From Stegostoma tigrinum (lineage: Eukaryota): DNA of 64,000 nucleotides. Within the stretch, counting starts at the first letter, position 1. Every line of letters begins with the position of its first letter. A program made the position numbers and the translations under genes. The stretch lies in NCBI RefSeq assembly GCF_030684315.1, contig NC_081363.1:53882312-53946311 (forward strand). The letters are read 5' to 3'. Under the pieces are notes generated by a model. That model was not told the origin of the DNA, did not search any database, and worked only from the letters and a program-made list of their open reading frames with translations. Positions 52,288 to 63,905 of the stretch are shown in pieces.

Positions 52288-53323
52288 CTACAGTCCAAAG
52301 ATGTGCAGTCTCAGTCGATTGGCCATGCTAAATTGCCCGTAATGTTCAGGGGTATGTAGATGAGGTGGGTTAATAGGGTGATGGGTCTGGGTGGACTTAG
52401 AACAAAGAATAAAGAAAATTACAGCACAGGAACAGGCCCTTTGGTCCTCCAAGCCTGCACCAATCCACATCCTCTATCTAAACCTGTCACCTATTTTCCA
52501 AGGATCTGTATCCCTCTGCTCCCTGCCCATTCATGTATCTGTCTAGATGCATCTTAAATGATGCTATTGTGCCCGCCTCAACCACCTCTGCTGCCAATGC
52601 GTTCCTGCCACCCACCACCATCTGAGTAAAGAACTTTCCACACATATCTCCCTAGAACTTTGCCCCTCTCACCTTGAAATTGTGACCTGGGTAATTGAAC
52701 CCCAACTCTGGGAAAAAGCTTCTCGCTGTCCACCCTGCCTATACCTCTCATGATTTTGTAGGCCTCAATTAGGTCCCTTCTCAACCTCCATCTTTCTAAT
52801 GTAAATAATCCTAATCTACTCAACTTCTCTTCATAGCTAGCGCCCTCCATACCAGGCAATATCCTGGTGAACCTCCTCTACACCCTCTCCAAAGTATCGA
52901 CATCCTTTTGGTAATGTGGCAACCAGAACTGTACACAGTATTCCAAATGTGGTTGAATCGAAGTCCTATACAACTGTAACATGACCTGCCACCTCTTGTA
53001 CTCAGTACCCCGTCTGATGAATGAAAGCATGCCATATGCCTATTTGACCTCTTTATTGACCTGCGTTGCCATCTTCAGGGTATAATGGACATGAACACCC
53101 AGATCTCTCTGTGCATCAATTTTCGCCAGGGCTTTTCCGTTTGCGATATAGTTCGCTCGTGAATTGGATCTTCCAAAAAGCATCACCTCACATTTGCCCG
53201 GATCGAACTCCATCTGACATTTCTCTGCCCAACTCTCCAATCTATCTATAGCCTGCTGCATTCACCGACAGTTGGGCTGAAGGGCCTGTTTTCACACTGT
53301 AGGGATTCTGTGATCTATGATCT
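52288..53323 (+). mobile_element. 5'-truncated HE1-type SINE split by a CR1 insertion
   Basis: The SINE core runs to gtggactt (52398) and resumes as gttgggctgaagggcctgttttcacactgtagggattct at 53271. Confidence 0.85.
52399..53270 (-). mobile_element. 5'-truncated CR1
   Basis: Encodes WAEKCQMEFDPGKCEV and SYEEKLSRLGLFTLERWRLRRDLIEAYKIMRG, with the tail agaacaaagaataaagaa. Confidence 0.92.
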
Positions 53324-54139
53324 TTATAGAAATGGCCCAAATTTCATTCCCGTTAGTTAGTGGGGTGATTTCTATGATGGAGAGGGGAAACAAACTTGAA
53401 TCAAACATTACTTCTAGTGTTTCTATAGTAGGTATAAATAGCCATGAACATTTTCTGTTCTGTACTATGTACACCACCAGCTAAGAATATGATGATGAAG
53501 GACGACAAAAGTTATATCATTTCTTATACAGTTATTCAGACATATTTTTATTTCATTTTAACTAGATTGAGAGGACATTACCGTTCATACTTTGTCACAT
53601 AAGCAATGCATCGAGTTTCATATTGTACAACATCACGCTGCCCATTAATAAGTTGGCATCAGTTGGATACAGACTTAAATTCATAAATGCTAATCGGTTT
53701 GATGTAAGAATGCTAATTACTATATCCTGTTACATATCTTGCAATCCTTATTATCTTTACAATGAAACCTCACCTTAACATAGTGCTACTGAGTTCTTCC
53801 ATAGGATCTAATGGCTATCCTATTGCTGCCAGTCCAATCTTTTATCAGAAGTCTCCAACTTTAAGATTTTTGTCAGAATTATTGATCTTTTCTTGTCAAC
53901 ATCATATTACCATTTATCTCTGATTGACCATCGCCCTTTCAGTTTGAAATGCCAGCTGTGAAAAATGGAGACTGGATCATGATACCTTTTCATGGAATGG
54001 CATAATCAATCAGCTTGCACTTTTCAATCTTTACGGTTTATCATTTATCTAGTTTATCAGACATTTATGTAGCATCTATATACTTTTGTATTTATGAAAA
54101 GTGAGGTCAGAGATAGGAAGGTAATATTGTTGAATGTAT

Positions 54140-55205
54140 CGATAAAGAGCTGGGGTAGTTGGGAGAGATTCAATAATCTGGATCATTGGGATTTCTTCTT
54201 GTGAACAGTAATGATCCACAAGGACCAGTGCTGGGACCTCTGGGGTTTGTAATATATAAAAATAATGTGGGTTGAAATGTCAGTGTTCTGATCAGTAAGT
54301 TTGCAGATCACATGAAAACTGGTGGAGTAGTGGATAGTAAGGATGGAGATCAAAGGTTGCAGAAGGATATAGATCAATGAAAGTTGGATGGAAAAATGAC
54401 AGATGGAGTTTAATCTGGACAAGTGTGAGGTGATGCATTTTGGGAAGTCAAATGCTAAAGGAAAGTATATGGTAAATGGCCTGATTCCTTAGACCATTGA
54501 TATACGGAAGGATCTTGAGGTCTAAGTCCATGGCTACCTGAAAATGGCAACAAAATGGAGAAGGAGGTAATGAAGGCAAACAGCACGCTTACCTTCCATG
54601 GTCAGGGCATTGAGTATATAGGTTGGCAAGTCATGCTGCAACTGTAAAAGATTTTGGTCAGGCCTCATTTGGAGTACTGTCAGCAATGCTGCTTGCCATA
54701 CTGTAGGAAGGATATGGAGGCTTTGGAAAGGGTGCAAAAGATGTTTACCAGGATGTTACTTGGACTGGAGTGTATTTTAGCTGTAAGGAGAGATTAGACA
54801 AACTGGATTGTTTTTTTCTAGAATTACAAAGGCTGAAGGACAACCTGACAGAAGTATATAAAATTATAAGAGGCATGGATATGGTGGACAGTTGGAGTCT
54901 CTTTCCCAGGGTGGAAATGTCAAATACCAAGGGGTGTAGGTTTAAGGTGAGAGGGGGAAAGTTTAAAAGAGATGTGTAAGGAAAGTTCTATTTTACACAG
55001 AGGGTGGTAGGTGCCTGGATGGCACAGCCAGGGGAGATGGTAGAAGCAGGTACAATAACAAAGTTTAAGAGGCATCCAGACAGACCTATGAGCAGATAAT
55101 ATAGGGATACAGACCTTGTGCAGGCAGCTGTGATTAGTTTAAAATAACAGTCGTGGTGGTTGAGAGGGCCTATTCCTGCCTTGTACTGTACTGTTCTACA
55201 TCTAT
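54140..55205 (+). mobile_element. Decayed CR1 3' part
   Basis: Contains aagtttgcagatcac, gagtttaatctggacaagtgtgagg and RLKDNLTEVYKIIRG, with the tail ctgtactgttcta. Confidence 0.88.
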
Positions 55206-55596
55206 ATCTTCCACTACTTAGTAAAAGAATGGTAAGATGGAGGTGCATCTCCCTTCTGTAAATTCTAGTTATCTTAGTGAGGTAATAGTCTAAATTATGT
55301 GCCTCTCATTGCACACAGTTGACTAAAAAAAGAAGTAATTGAATGTCCAGCTTCCACTTAGTGACAGAAAAGAAGAGCATATGGCTAGAAAAATAGCAAG
55401 ATATTTTCATCAATATCACAACTATCTCTATACCATGGCCAATAAGAAAATAGCCATTGGTTCTAATTATTAATTGTTGCATCTGCAAAATTTTACTGTT
55501 TTCCACTAATTGTTGTTATGTTTTTCTCCTGTTTTCACTGGTGAATTTCCAATGTTCATGAAACATTGCATTTCAAAATATTGTTGTCATTCATTA

Positions 55597-57970
55597 TAGA
55601 ATCAGTGTCATGGAGTCATACATCATGGAAACAGACTCTTCAGTCCAACTAGTACAAATTGAACATAATCCCAAATTAAAGTAGTCCCTCCTGCCTACAC
55701 CGAGCTCATATCCCTCCAAGCCTTTCTTATTTAAATATCCATGCAAATGCCTTTTAAACATTGTAATTGTATCCATATCCATCACTTCTTCAGGAAATTT
55801 ATTCAACACAGAAACTATGTAAAAAGCTTGCCTCTAATGCCTTTTTAAAATCTCTCTCCTCTCACCTTGAAAATGTGCTCCTTCGCCTTAAAATTCCCCA
55901 TCTACAGGAAAAGACAACTACCATCAACCCTATGTGTTCCTCTCATTATTTTATAAATTTCTATCAGGTCACCTTTCAACCTCCTGTGCTCCAATGATAA
56001 AAGTCCCAGCTTGTCCAAACTTTCCCTGTAACTCAAACCTCCAACACTTGGCAACATCCTGGTCAATCTCATATGAACCCTCCCCAGCTTGATAATATCC
56101 TTTCCATGACTGGGCTAGTAGAAATGGACACGGTATTCCAGAAGAGGCCTCACCAATCTCCTGCACAACCTCAACATGCTATCTCAACTCCTGTACTCAA
56201 AGGACTAAGCAATGAAGGAAAGCTTACCAAAGGCCTTTTTAACCATCCTGTCTTTATGTGATGCAAACTTTAAAGAATTAATGTACCCCCAGGTCCGTCT
56301 GTTCTACAATATTACCTAAGGCTCTGCCATTAATTGCATAAGCCTTATCCTTGTTTGTTGTACCAAAATGCAATATCTCACATTTATCCAGATTGAACTC
56401 CATCTGCCATTTTTCAGCCCATTGACACATTTGATCATGATCTCTTTGTAATCTTAGATAACCTTCTTCACTGTCTACAATGCCAGTAATTTTGGTGTCG
56501 TCCACAAACTTACTTCTCATCCAGATCATTTATATAAAGACAAACAAAAGAGGACCCAAAACCAATCCCTGTGGAACACCGCTGGTCACAGGCATCCAGC
56601 CCAAAAAGCAATCCTCCACCATTATGCTGTCTCCTGCTGTCAAGCTAATTATGTATCCGATTGGCAAGCTCAGCCTGAATCCCATGTGACCTAACTTTAT
56701 TAATTAGTCTCCCAAGCAAAAACTTGTCAAAGGCTTTATTAAAATCCAAGTAAACAATGTCTACTGCTCTGCCATCATCAATCTTACTGGCAACTTACTC
56801 AAAAAACTCAATCAATTTTGTGAGACATGACTTTCCACACACCAAATCAAGCTGACTATTCCTAATCATTTTTTGCCTCTCCCAATATCTCTAAATCATA
56901 CATTTTATGACTACCTCCAACAATTTACCCACAACCAAAGTCAGTCTCACAGGTCTATAGTTCCCTGGTTTCTCTTTACAGCCTTTCTTAAACAAAGGAA
57001 CAACATTAGCCACCCTTCAGCCATCAGGCATCTAACCTGTAGTTACTGGTGATGCAAATATTTCTGCAGGGTTCCTCATAATTTCCTTCCATACTTCCCA
57101 CAACTTTCTGGGATATACTAGATCAGGTCTCAGAGATTAAGATCTCCTCTTCTGTCATGTGAACTATGTTTATAACATCAAAGTTTATTTCTCTGCGTTC
57201 TGCAGATTCCATTTCTTTCTCCACAGTAAAAACTGGCATGAAATAGCCATTTGATATCTCTCCCATCTCCTGGGGTTCAACAGAGATGGCCTCTTTGATC
57301 TTTATGGGCCCAACCTGCTCTCTAGTTACCCTCTTGTTCTTAATGTATTTGCAGAATCTCATTGGATTTCCCTTAATCTTATCTGCGAGTGCTATCTCAT
57401 ATCCCTTCTTTGCCCTCCTGATTTATCTCTTAAAAATGTCCCTACACTTTTTATATTTATTAAGGCATTCAATTAAACCAAGTTGTATATATCTAAAAAA
57501 AAATCTGTTTTATTCTTTACGAGAGCCTCAACATCATTATTCATCTATTTTTTCCTTAATCTTACCAACCTTGTTCTTCACTCTAACAGGAACAAAATGT
57601 CTCTGAACTTTCATCAGCACACTCTTGATCACCTCCCACTTGTAAGGAATCCTTTTAACAGTGAACAGTCTACTCCAATCAACTTTTGAAAGTTCTGGTC
57701 TCATATCATTAAAACTTGCTTTACTCCAATTAAAACATTAACTTTTATGGAAGACTTATCCTTCTCCAAAACCATTTTGAAACTAATAGAATTGTGATCG
57801 CTCAACCTAAAGTGTTCCCTCACTTATACTTCAGTTACCTGCTCTACCTTATTGCCCAAAAGAAGGTCTAGTTTTGCTCTTTTTCTGGTAAGAGCATCTA
57901 CATATTGATAAAAAAAATCCTGAGCACATTTGATGCATTCTTCACCATTCAAACCTTTAACATTATGTTT
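55597..57970 (-). mobile_element. Decayed CR1 ORF2 (endonuclease end, RT and tail)
   Basis: Encodes SKFVDDTKI, WAEKWQMEFNLDKCEILHFG and YIKNKRVTREQVGPIK, with the tail tcatggagtcatacatcatgg. Confidence 0.9.
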
Positions 57971-59028
57971 GAACCAGTAGTGTTTAGAGAAATTAACATC
58001 CCTTTTTCTTTCTTTTCAAAAAGATCCTTTGCAACATTTCAGTTATAATCCAGCCCTCCAGAGGGTTTTAGCAAGTCAAAATTATCTGTAATGCCTGGAA
58101 CTTGACTTGTTGGAACAACTTTTAGAACTTAACAATCATATTGGTAGCTAAACTCACAAGCTGCTTCACTCTAAAATTTCCCCACAGATTTGCCCTAAAA
58201 TTGAATGTTTCATGCCAACAAACTTGACTTCCTGAGCTCCTGGCTTGATTTAGTACTTTGACTTGACATTCTGTCTTTAAGTAATCTCCAAAAATCAAGA
58301 ATTTTGCGCATAATTTTCCTGCAAATACTCTTGCACAGCTCCTAGTTGACCCTGGATGAGTGCATTTTATAACAAAAAGCTCCCATGGCAAGACCATTAG
58401 GGAAGGTGAGTCAATTAGTAAATACTGGAACAGCAGAGAATTTTGTAAATGTTTACAACAAATCAAACTTGTTGAGCATCTAAAAAAGCATAACAGCCAA
58501 TGTAACGCAACACCTTTGTTTAACATAACAGTTCATTCAACAGTTTACTTTCCGACAATAATTCTGTTTGCCTCCATGTTAAGGGTCAAAGCTGCTTTTA
58601 TTTTTAAACAGTCCAAGGACGCAAGTTATGAAATGCTGTGAAATTTAAGTTACGTTGAGAATATCTGTGAGATGGAGCAGAACGATTGTTTGCAGTGAAC
58701 AACCATTCTAAGTTCATTCTGTAAGCAATTACTCATTTAAATCATGAGCAAACTCTCCTGCAGGAGTTTACTGAATAAACATCAATCTTTTTATAGACAA
58801 GACAAAGATGAAGCCACATGCCAAAAGTGAACAGTGTCTGAAGGAGAGCCCATTCAGTGCCAAGAAGAAAGTGGTATTTATATGGAACCTGGCTGGTACT
58901 GTCTCAAGAGCCCGTTGCCATAGAAATGTTTACTATGTCTCTCCAAAGCATATCACAGAGGAAGTAAGACAACAAAATGTGAGGCTGGATGAACACAGCA
59001 GGCCAAGCAGCATCTCAGGAGCACAAAA

Positions 59029-59062
59029 GCTGACGTTTCGGGCCTAGACCCTTCATCAGAGA
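59029..59062 (-). ncRNA. Minimal type-I hammerhead ribozyme motif in the PLE 3' region
   Basis: The minus strand reads CU-CUGAUGA-A-GGGU(CUAG)GCCC-GAAA-CGUC-AG. This gives the conserved CUGANGA and GAAA cores, a stem II, a palindromic ACGU in place of stem III, a GUC cleavage triplet and a very short stem I. It matches the minimal hammerheads known from Penelope-like elements. Confidence 0.8.
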
Positions 59063-59283
59063 GGGGGATGGGGTGAGGGTTCTGGAATAAATAGGGAGAG
59101 AGGGGGAGGCGGACCGAAGATGGAGAGAAAAGAAGATAGGTGGAGAGAGTATAGGTGGGGAGGTAGGGAGGGGATAGGTCAGTCCAGGGAAGACGGACAG
59201 GTCAAGGAGGTGGGATGAGGTTAGTAGGTAGATGGGGGTGCGGCTTGGGGTGGGAGGAAGGGATGGGTGAGAGGAAGAACAGG

Positions 59284-61270
59284 TTAGGGAGGCAGAGACA
59301 GGTTGGACTGGTTTTGGGATGCAGTGGGTGGAGGGGAAGAGCTGGGCTGGTTGTGTGGTGCAGTGGGGGGAGGGGTCGAACTGGGCTGGTTTAGGGATGC
59401 AGTTGGGGAAGGGGAGATTTTGAAACTGGTGAAGTCCACATTGATACCATTAGGCTGCAGGGTTCCCAGGCGGAATATGAGTTGCTGTTCCTGCAGCCTT
59501 CGGGTGGATTCATTGTGGCACTGCAGGAGGCCCATGATGGACATGTCATCTAAAGAATGGGAGCGGGAGTGGAAATGGTTTGCGACTGGGAGGTGCAGTA
59601 GTTTGTTGCGAACTGAGCGGAGGTGTTCTGCAAAGCGGTCTCCAAGCCTCCGCTTGGCTTCCCCAATGTAGAGGAAGCCACACCGGGTACAGTGGATGCA
59701 GTATACCACATTGGCAGATGTGCAGGTGAACCTCTGCTTAATGTAGAATGTCATCTTGGGGCCTGGGATGGGGGTGAGGGGGGAGGTGTGGGGGCAAGTG
59801 TAGCATTTCCTGCAGTTGCACGGGAAGGTGCCGGGTGTGGTGGGGTTGGAGGGCAGTGTGGAGCGAACAAGGGAGTCACGGAGAGAGTGGTCTCTCCGGA
59901 AAGCAGACAGGGGTGGGGATGGAAAAATGTTTTGGGTGGTGGGGTCGGATTGTAGATGGCGGAAGTGTCGGAGGATGATGCGTTATATCTGGAGGTTGGT
60001 AGGGTGGTGTGTGAGAACGAGGGGAATCCTCTTTGGGCGGTTGTGGCGGAGGCAGGGTGTGAGGGACATGTTGCGGGAAATACGGGAGACGCGGTCGAGG
60101 GCGTTCTCGATCACTGTGGGGGGAAAGTCGCGGTCCTTGAAGAACTTGGACATCTGGGATGTGCGGGAGTGGAATGTCTTATCGTGGGAGCAAATGCGGC
60201 GGAGGCGGAGGAATTGGGAATAGGAGATGGAATTTTTGCAGGAGGGTGGGTGGGAGGAGGTGTATTCTAGGTAGCCGTGGGAGTCGGTGGGCTTGAAATG
60301 GGCATCAGTTACAAGCTGGTTGCCTGAGATGGAGACTGAGAGGTCCAGGAAGGTGAGGGATGTGCTGGAGATGGCCCAGCTGAACTGAAAGTTGGGGTGG
60401 AAGGTGTTGGTGAAGTGGATGAACTGTTCGAGCTCCTCTGGGGAGCAAGAGGCGGCGCTGATACAGTCATCAATGTACCGGAGGAAGAGGTGGGGTTTGG
60501 GGCCTGTGTAGGTGCCGAAGAGGGACTGTTCCACGTAACCTACAAAGAGGCAGGCATAGCTGGGGCCCATGCGGGTGCCCATGGCCACCCCCCTTAGTCT
60601 GTAGGAAGTGGGAGGAGTCAAAAGAGAAGTTGTTGAGGGTGAGGACGAGTTCGGCTAGGCGGATGAGGGTGTCGGTGGAGGGGGACTGTTCGGGCCTGTG
60701 GGACAGGAAGAAGCGGAGGGCCTTGAGGCCATCTGCATGCGGAATGCAGGTGTATAGGGACTGGACGTCCATGGTGAAGATGAGGTGTTGGGGCCCAGGG
60801 AATTGGAAGTCCTGGAGGAGGTGGAGGGCATGGGTGGTGTCACGGACGTAGGTAGGGAGATCCTGGACCAAAGGGGAGAAGATGGAGTCCAGATAGGTGG
60901 AGATGAGTTCGGTGGGGCAGGAGCAGGCTGAGACGATTGGTCGACCTGGGCAGGCAGGTTTGTGGATTTTGGGAAGGAGATAGAAACGGGCCGTGCGGGG
61001 TTGGGGAACAATGAGGTTGGAGGCTGTGGGTGGGAGGTCCCCTGAGGCGATGAGGTCATGAATGGTGTTGGAGATGATGGTTTGGTGCTTGGGTGTGGGG
61101 TCATGATCGAGGGGGCGGTAGGAGGTGGTGTCGGAGAGTTGGCGTCTGGCCTCAGCGATGTAGAGGTCAGTGCGCCATACTACCACTGCGCCACCCTTGT
61201 CTGCGGGTTTGATGGTGAGGATGGGGTTGGACCAGAGGGAGCGGAGGGCTGCCCGTTCTGCGGGGGAGAG
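59284..61270 (-). pseudogene. Disrupted PLE RT/GIY-YIG reading frame (one frameshift, one stop, N-terminus missing)
   Basis: The frame changes at the C homopolymer near 60587-60593 and there is a TAA at 59983-59985. Past the stop the frame reads RIILRHFRHLQSDPTT...GPKMTFYIK straight into the GIY-YIG ORF. Confidence 0.88.
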
Positions 61271-62251
61271 CTGTGGGTGGGAGGTCCCCTGAGGTGATGA
61301 GGTCATGAATGGTGTTGCTGTGGGTGGGAGGTCCCCTGAGGTGATGGTCACAGAGGAAGTAATTTTAGTTCTGCTTGATGATGCTAAGGAATAGCCATTT
61401 TCACTTCACTTTAATATCTTTGCAGTATTGTAATCATAAAAATGACTCTCCAGAAACATTTTTAAATTCTAGAGTTCTTTTTGATCTGAGTATGTTGATT
61501 TTTGTTTATATTTACCTAATCCCAGGTATGAAAGTTTGTTAGATGCACCCATTAATTACTGGGGATTTGGCTACAGATGCATAATGCCCAGATTTTTCCA
61601 TTTGTCTTTTGATTACATTGGATGAAAAATACAATTAAGTCAAACAGGCTTCACAAATGTTGGGAACGTTGTTTGGATTTTGCGGACGAATGCTCTGTAC
61701 ATTTATGCTTCGAAGCTACACTTTGAGGTTATTAGGCTGTCAAAGCTGCGTGTCATCTTTCATTGTGGGGAAAAGAAATGTGTTTCTTCAATCAGAATGA
61801 AGAATCCTTGCTCTGGCATGTGGGGCTTGATTTTTAATCACCTTTGTTGGGGGGTGGGATTGGTGAGTCCCTGTTTTAATAATAGCACCGCCAAGGATAT
61901 GCCGGTCTTCCAAGGCATTTGGAATGCATAACTATTTTTAAATTTGGTGGGTTCGTCAACAACTCAGTCACATCAAATTAACTATCGATTGAAATTTTTG
62001 GAGGACACTGCTAATGATCTTGGGAGGACCAGAAGACAACCTTCAAAGGCAGAACAAATAAAATTGAACAATGTATTACAAACTAATTGGATGAAAGATA
62101 GGGAGCCATTAAGGTTTGTTTATGCTTAATGAACGATTTTGATAACACTCAGTTTGTCTACATTTTCATTGACCATTTGTCTGCAACAAGAGATTACTGG
62201 ATCTCTTGATTTCTCTGTTGTGTAAGGCAGTAACTGTTACATGACTTCATG

Positions 62252-62355
62252 CATTCTGAGAAAGGGTCACCGAACCCAAAATGTTAACTCTGCTTTTTTT
62301 TCTTCGTGGATGCTGCCAGACCTGCTGAGCTATTCTAGCAACTTTGTTTTTGTTT
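62252..62355 (+). mobile_element. PLE-derived mini-element with 11-bp TSD
   Basis: It starts with cattctgagaaagggtcaccgaacccaaaatgttaac (decayed hammerhead). The TSD atgacttcatg lies at 62241-62251 and 62356-62366. Confidence 0.8.
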
Positions 62356-62749
62356 ATGACTTCATGGCATGTGCTCAGTATTCAACTGCTGCCATCTAGC
62401 AATGCTCATTGCCATTAATCAACTAATAAGCTCTAACTCTATTGAAAGATAATGTTGCAACATTGAAATGGACAGTATATGATAGGAACCTGCAAATGGC
62501 CCAGGGAGAAAGTTCTTGGCCCTGAAATAAAAATCTAGCCTTCAGAGTCTAAGGCAGGAGATGTAGGTGAGAATATTCAATTCCATATTGATTAACATAT
62601 ATAAAGGTAAACACAACAATACAAAGGATGCTAAGATGAAGAACAAGAAAAGATGGGCAGGAAAATGTACCATGGGCATTGGATGTGTAAGGTGACCTTT
62701 GAAGACTCCTAAAATTCTTTAAAAATGGGTTGTAAAGTAAAAATAAGGA

Positions 62750-63640
62750 CCACTGCTGTGGTGTGGGAGGTCACCATTTTGAAATATGAAACAGATAACA
62801 CCTTCAATTCATTTTACAATAACTTGGCACCACTTTATGGATAAATTAATCGTACAAAGATAACTTGAACAGAAGGAAAGCACTTGAAGTCATGTCAAAT
62901 ACGTTGTTATTGGCATACAATATAATGAACTCATCAAACGCAGGTCACCGTGACAATGGCACCATTGCGAGGGTCCCACTCTGGAGCAAATGTGGTGCTT
63001 TCAATTCTTTCATCATTCTGATGGTGGCTTGTGCACTAACAGGATCATTCAATTCATTCACAAAATCACACAAAAGGCCAAGCAGAACAATGTGTCTATT
63101 TTTGTCAAGCAATTTTCTCCATCAGCCATCTGGTATGAACATGATCTTTGAATGGCCTGTTGTGGTACACATCCAAAAGCTGAATCATGAACTACAGGCT
63201 CTCCATTAACTGAAAATGTAGATGTTATTTCTTTGCAGCTGTATCTTGCTTACAATGTTTATATAGCATCAGAACACACCTCAAATGAATAAGCTGTGTC
63301 TTTTGTTGAACTTAGACCCTGGGATGCCGATACCACACATCAATGAACAGCTTCACTTGTCCACTCAACCATTGTCATTGAGACATATAAGAACTGCAGA
63401 TAATTTGATGTTCAGCATGCTATCATGTTTAAAAATTACCATCAGATTCAATGTAACGACAGGAGCAATGCAGATAAGTGCCACTGTGAATTTGTGGCCT
63501 TCTCATATCTTCTAATTTTCACTAAAATTGTTCTTGAAACTTCCCACTCTACAGTCTCGATATTATATGTCCCAAACCATGTGGGTTTTTGTAGAGAAGG
63601 GTATATTCTATTTTAGGTGCTCAGCCCAACACTTTCCCAA
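62750..63640 (-). mobile_element. Highly decayed LINE endonuclease region, possibly RTE clade
   Basis: Scattered minus-strand motifs FGTYNIET, AEHQII, LNDNG and WYRHPR. The motif order is not fully canonical. Confidence 0.35.
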
Positions 63641-63823
63641 CCACTCACTCCTACAATATGGACAGTGGGTGCAAGCAGAAAGAGCAGTCCACTGTATCTA
63701 AATAAATAATTGAAGTCGAATTGAACTTATTAACAACTCAACATCCCACAAACTGCAGTCACTAAGAATAGGCAACAACACCTCCTTTAGCCATAATCCT
63801 CCGCACTGGTGCCCCTCAAGGCC

Positions 63824-63905
63824 ATGCTCCTCAGATGCTTCCTGGCCTGCTGTGTTCATCCAGCTCCACACCCTGTTGTATCAGACTCCAGCATCAGCAG
63901 TTCCT
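63824..63905 (+). mobile_element. PLE-derived tail fragment
   Basis: tgctcctcagatgcttcctggcctgctgtgttcatccagctccacacc...cagcatcagcagttcct. Confidence 0.7.

Larger units (their letters stand above)
58968..61347 (-). mobile_element. Young, 5'-truncated Penelope-like retroelement (RT + GIY-YIG endonuclease) with 15-bp TSD
   Basis: The minus-strand ORFs 60470..61351, 59983..60621 and 59284..59754 give PLE RT motifs (KPADKGGAVVV, YLLPKIHK, GRPIVS, FTMDVQSLYTCIPH, GVAMGTRMGPSYA, RYIDD, FLDLSV), a Cys linker (PCNCRKCYTC) and GIY-YIG (VVYCIHCTRCGFLYIGEAKRRLGDRFAEH...PNGIN). The direct repeat tcacagaggaagtaa lies at 58953-58967 and 61348-61362. Confidence 0.95.

Noticed and set aside
59303-61297. Several plus-strand and alternate-frame ORFs (e.g. 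59816..60223, 59956..60270, 60655..61104)
   Set aside because: They are antisense or off-frame shadows of the GC-rich PLE ORF.
4463-63905. Recurrent palindromic ~30-60 bp motif (gctggatgaacacagcaggccaagcagcatc) as CRISPR repeats or miRNA genes
   Set aside because: The copies are dispersed and not regularly spaced, there are no cas genes, and the context is eukaryotic. They are explained as PLE tails.
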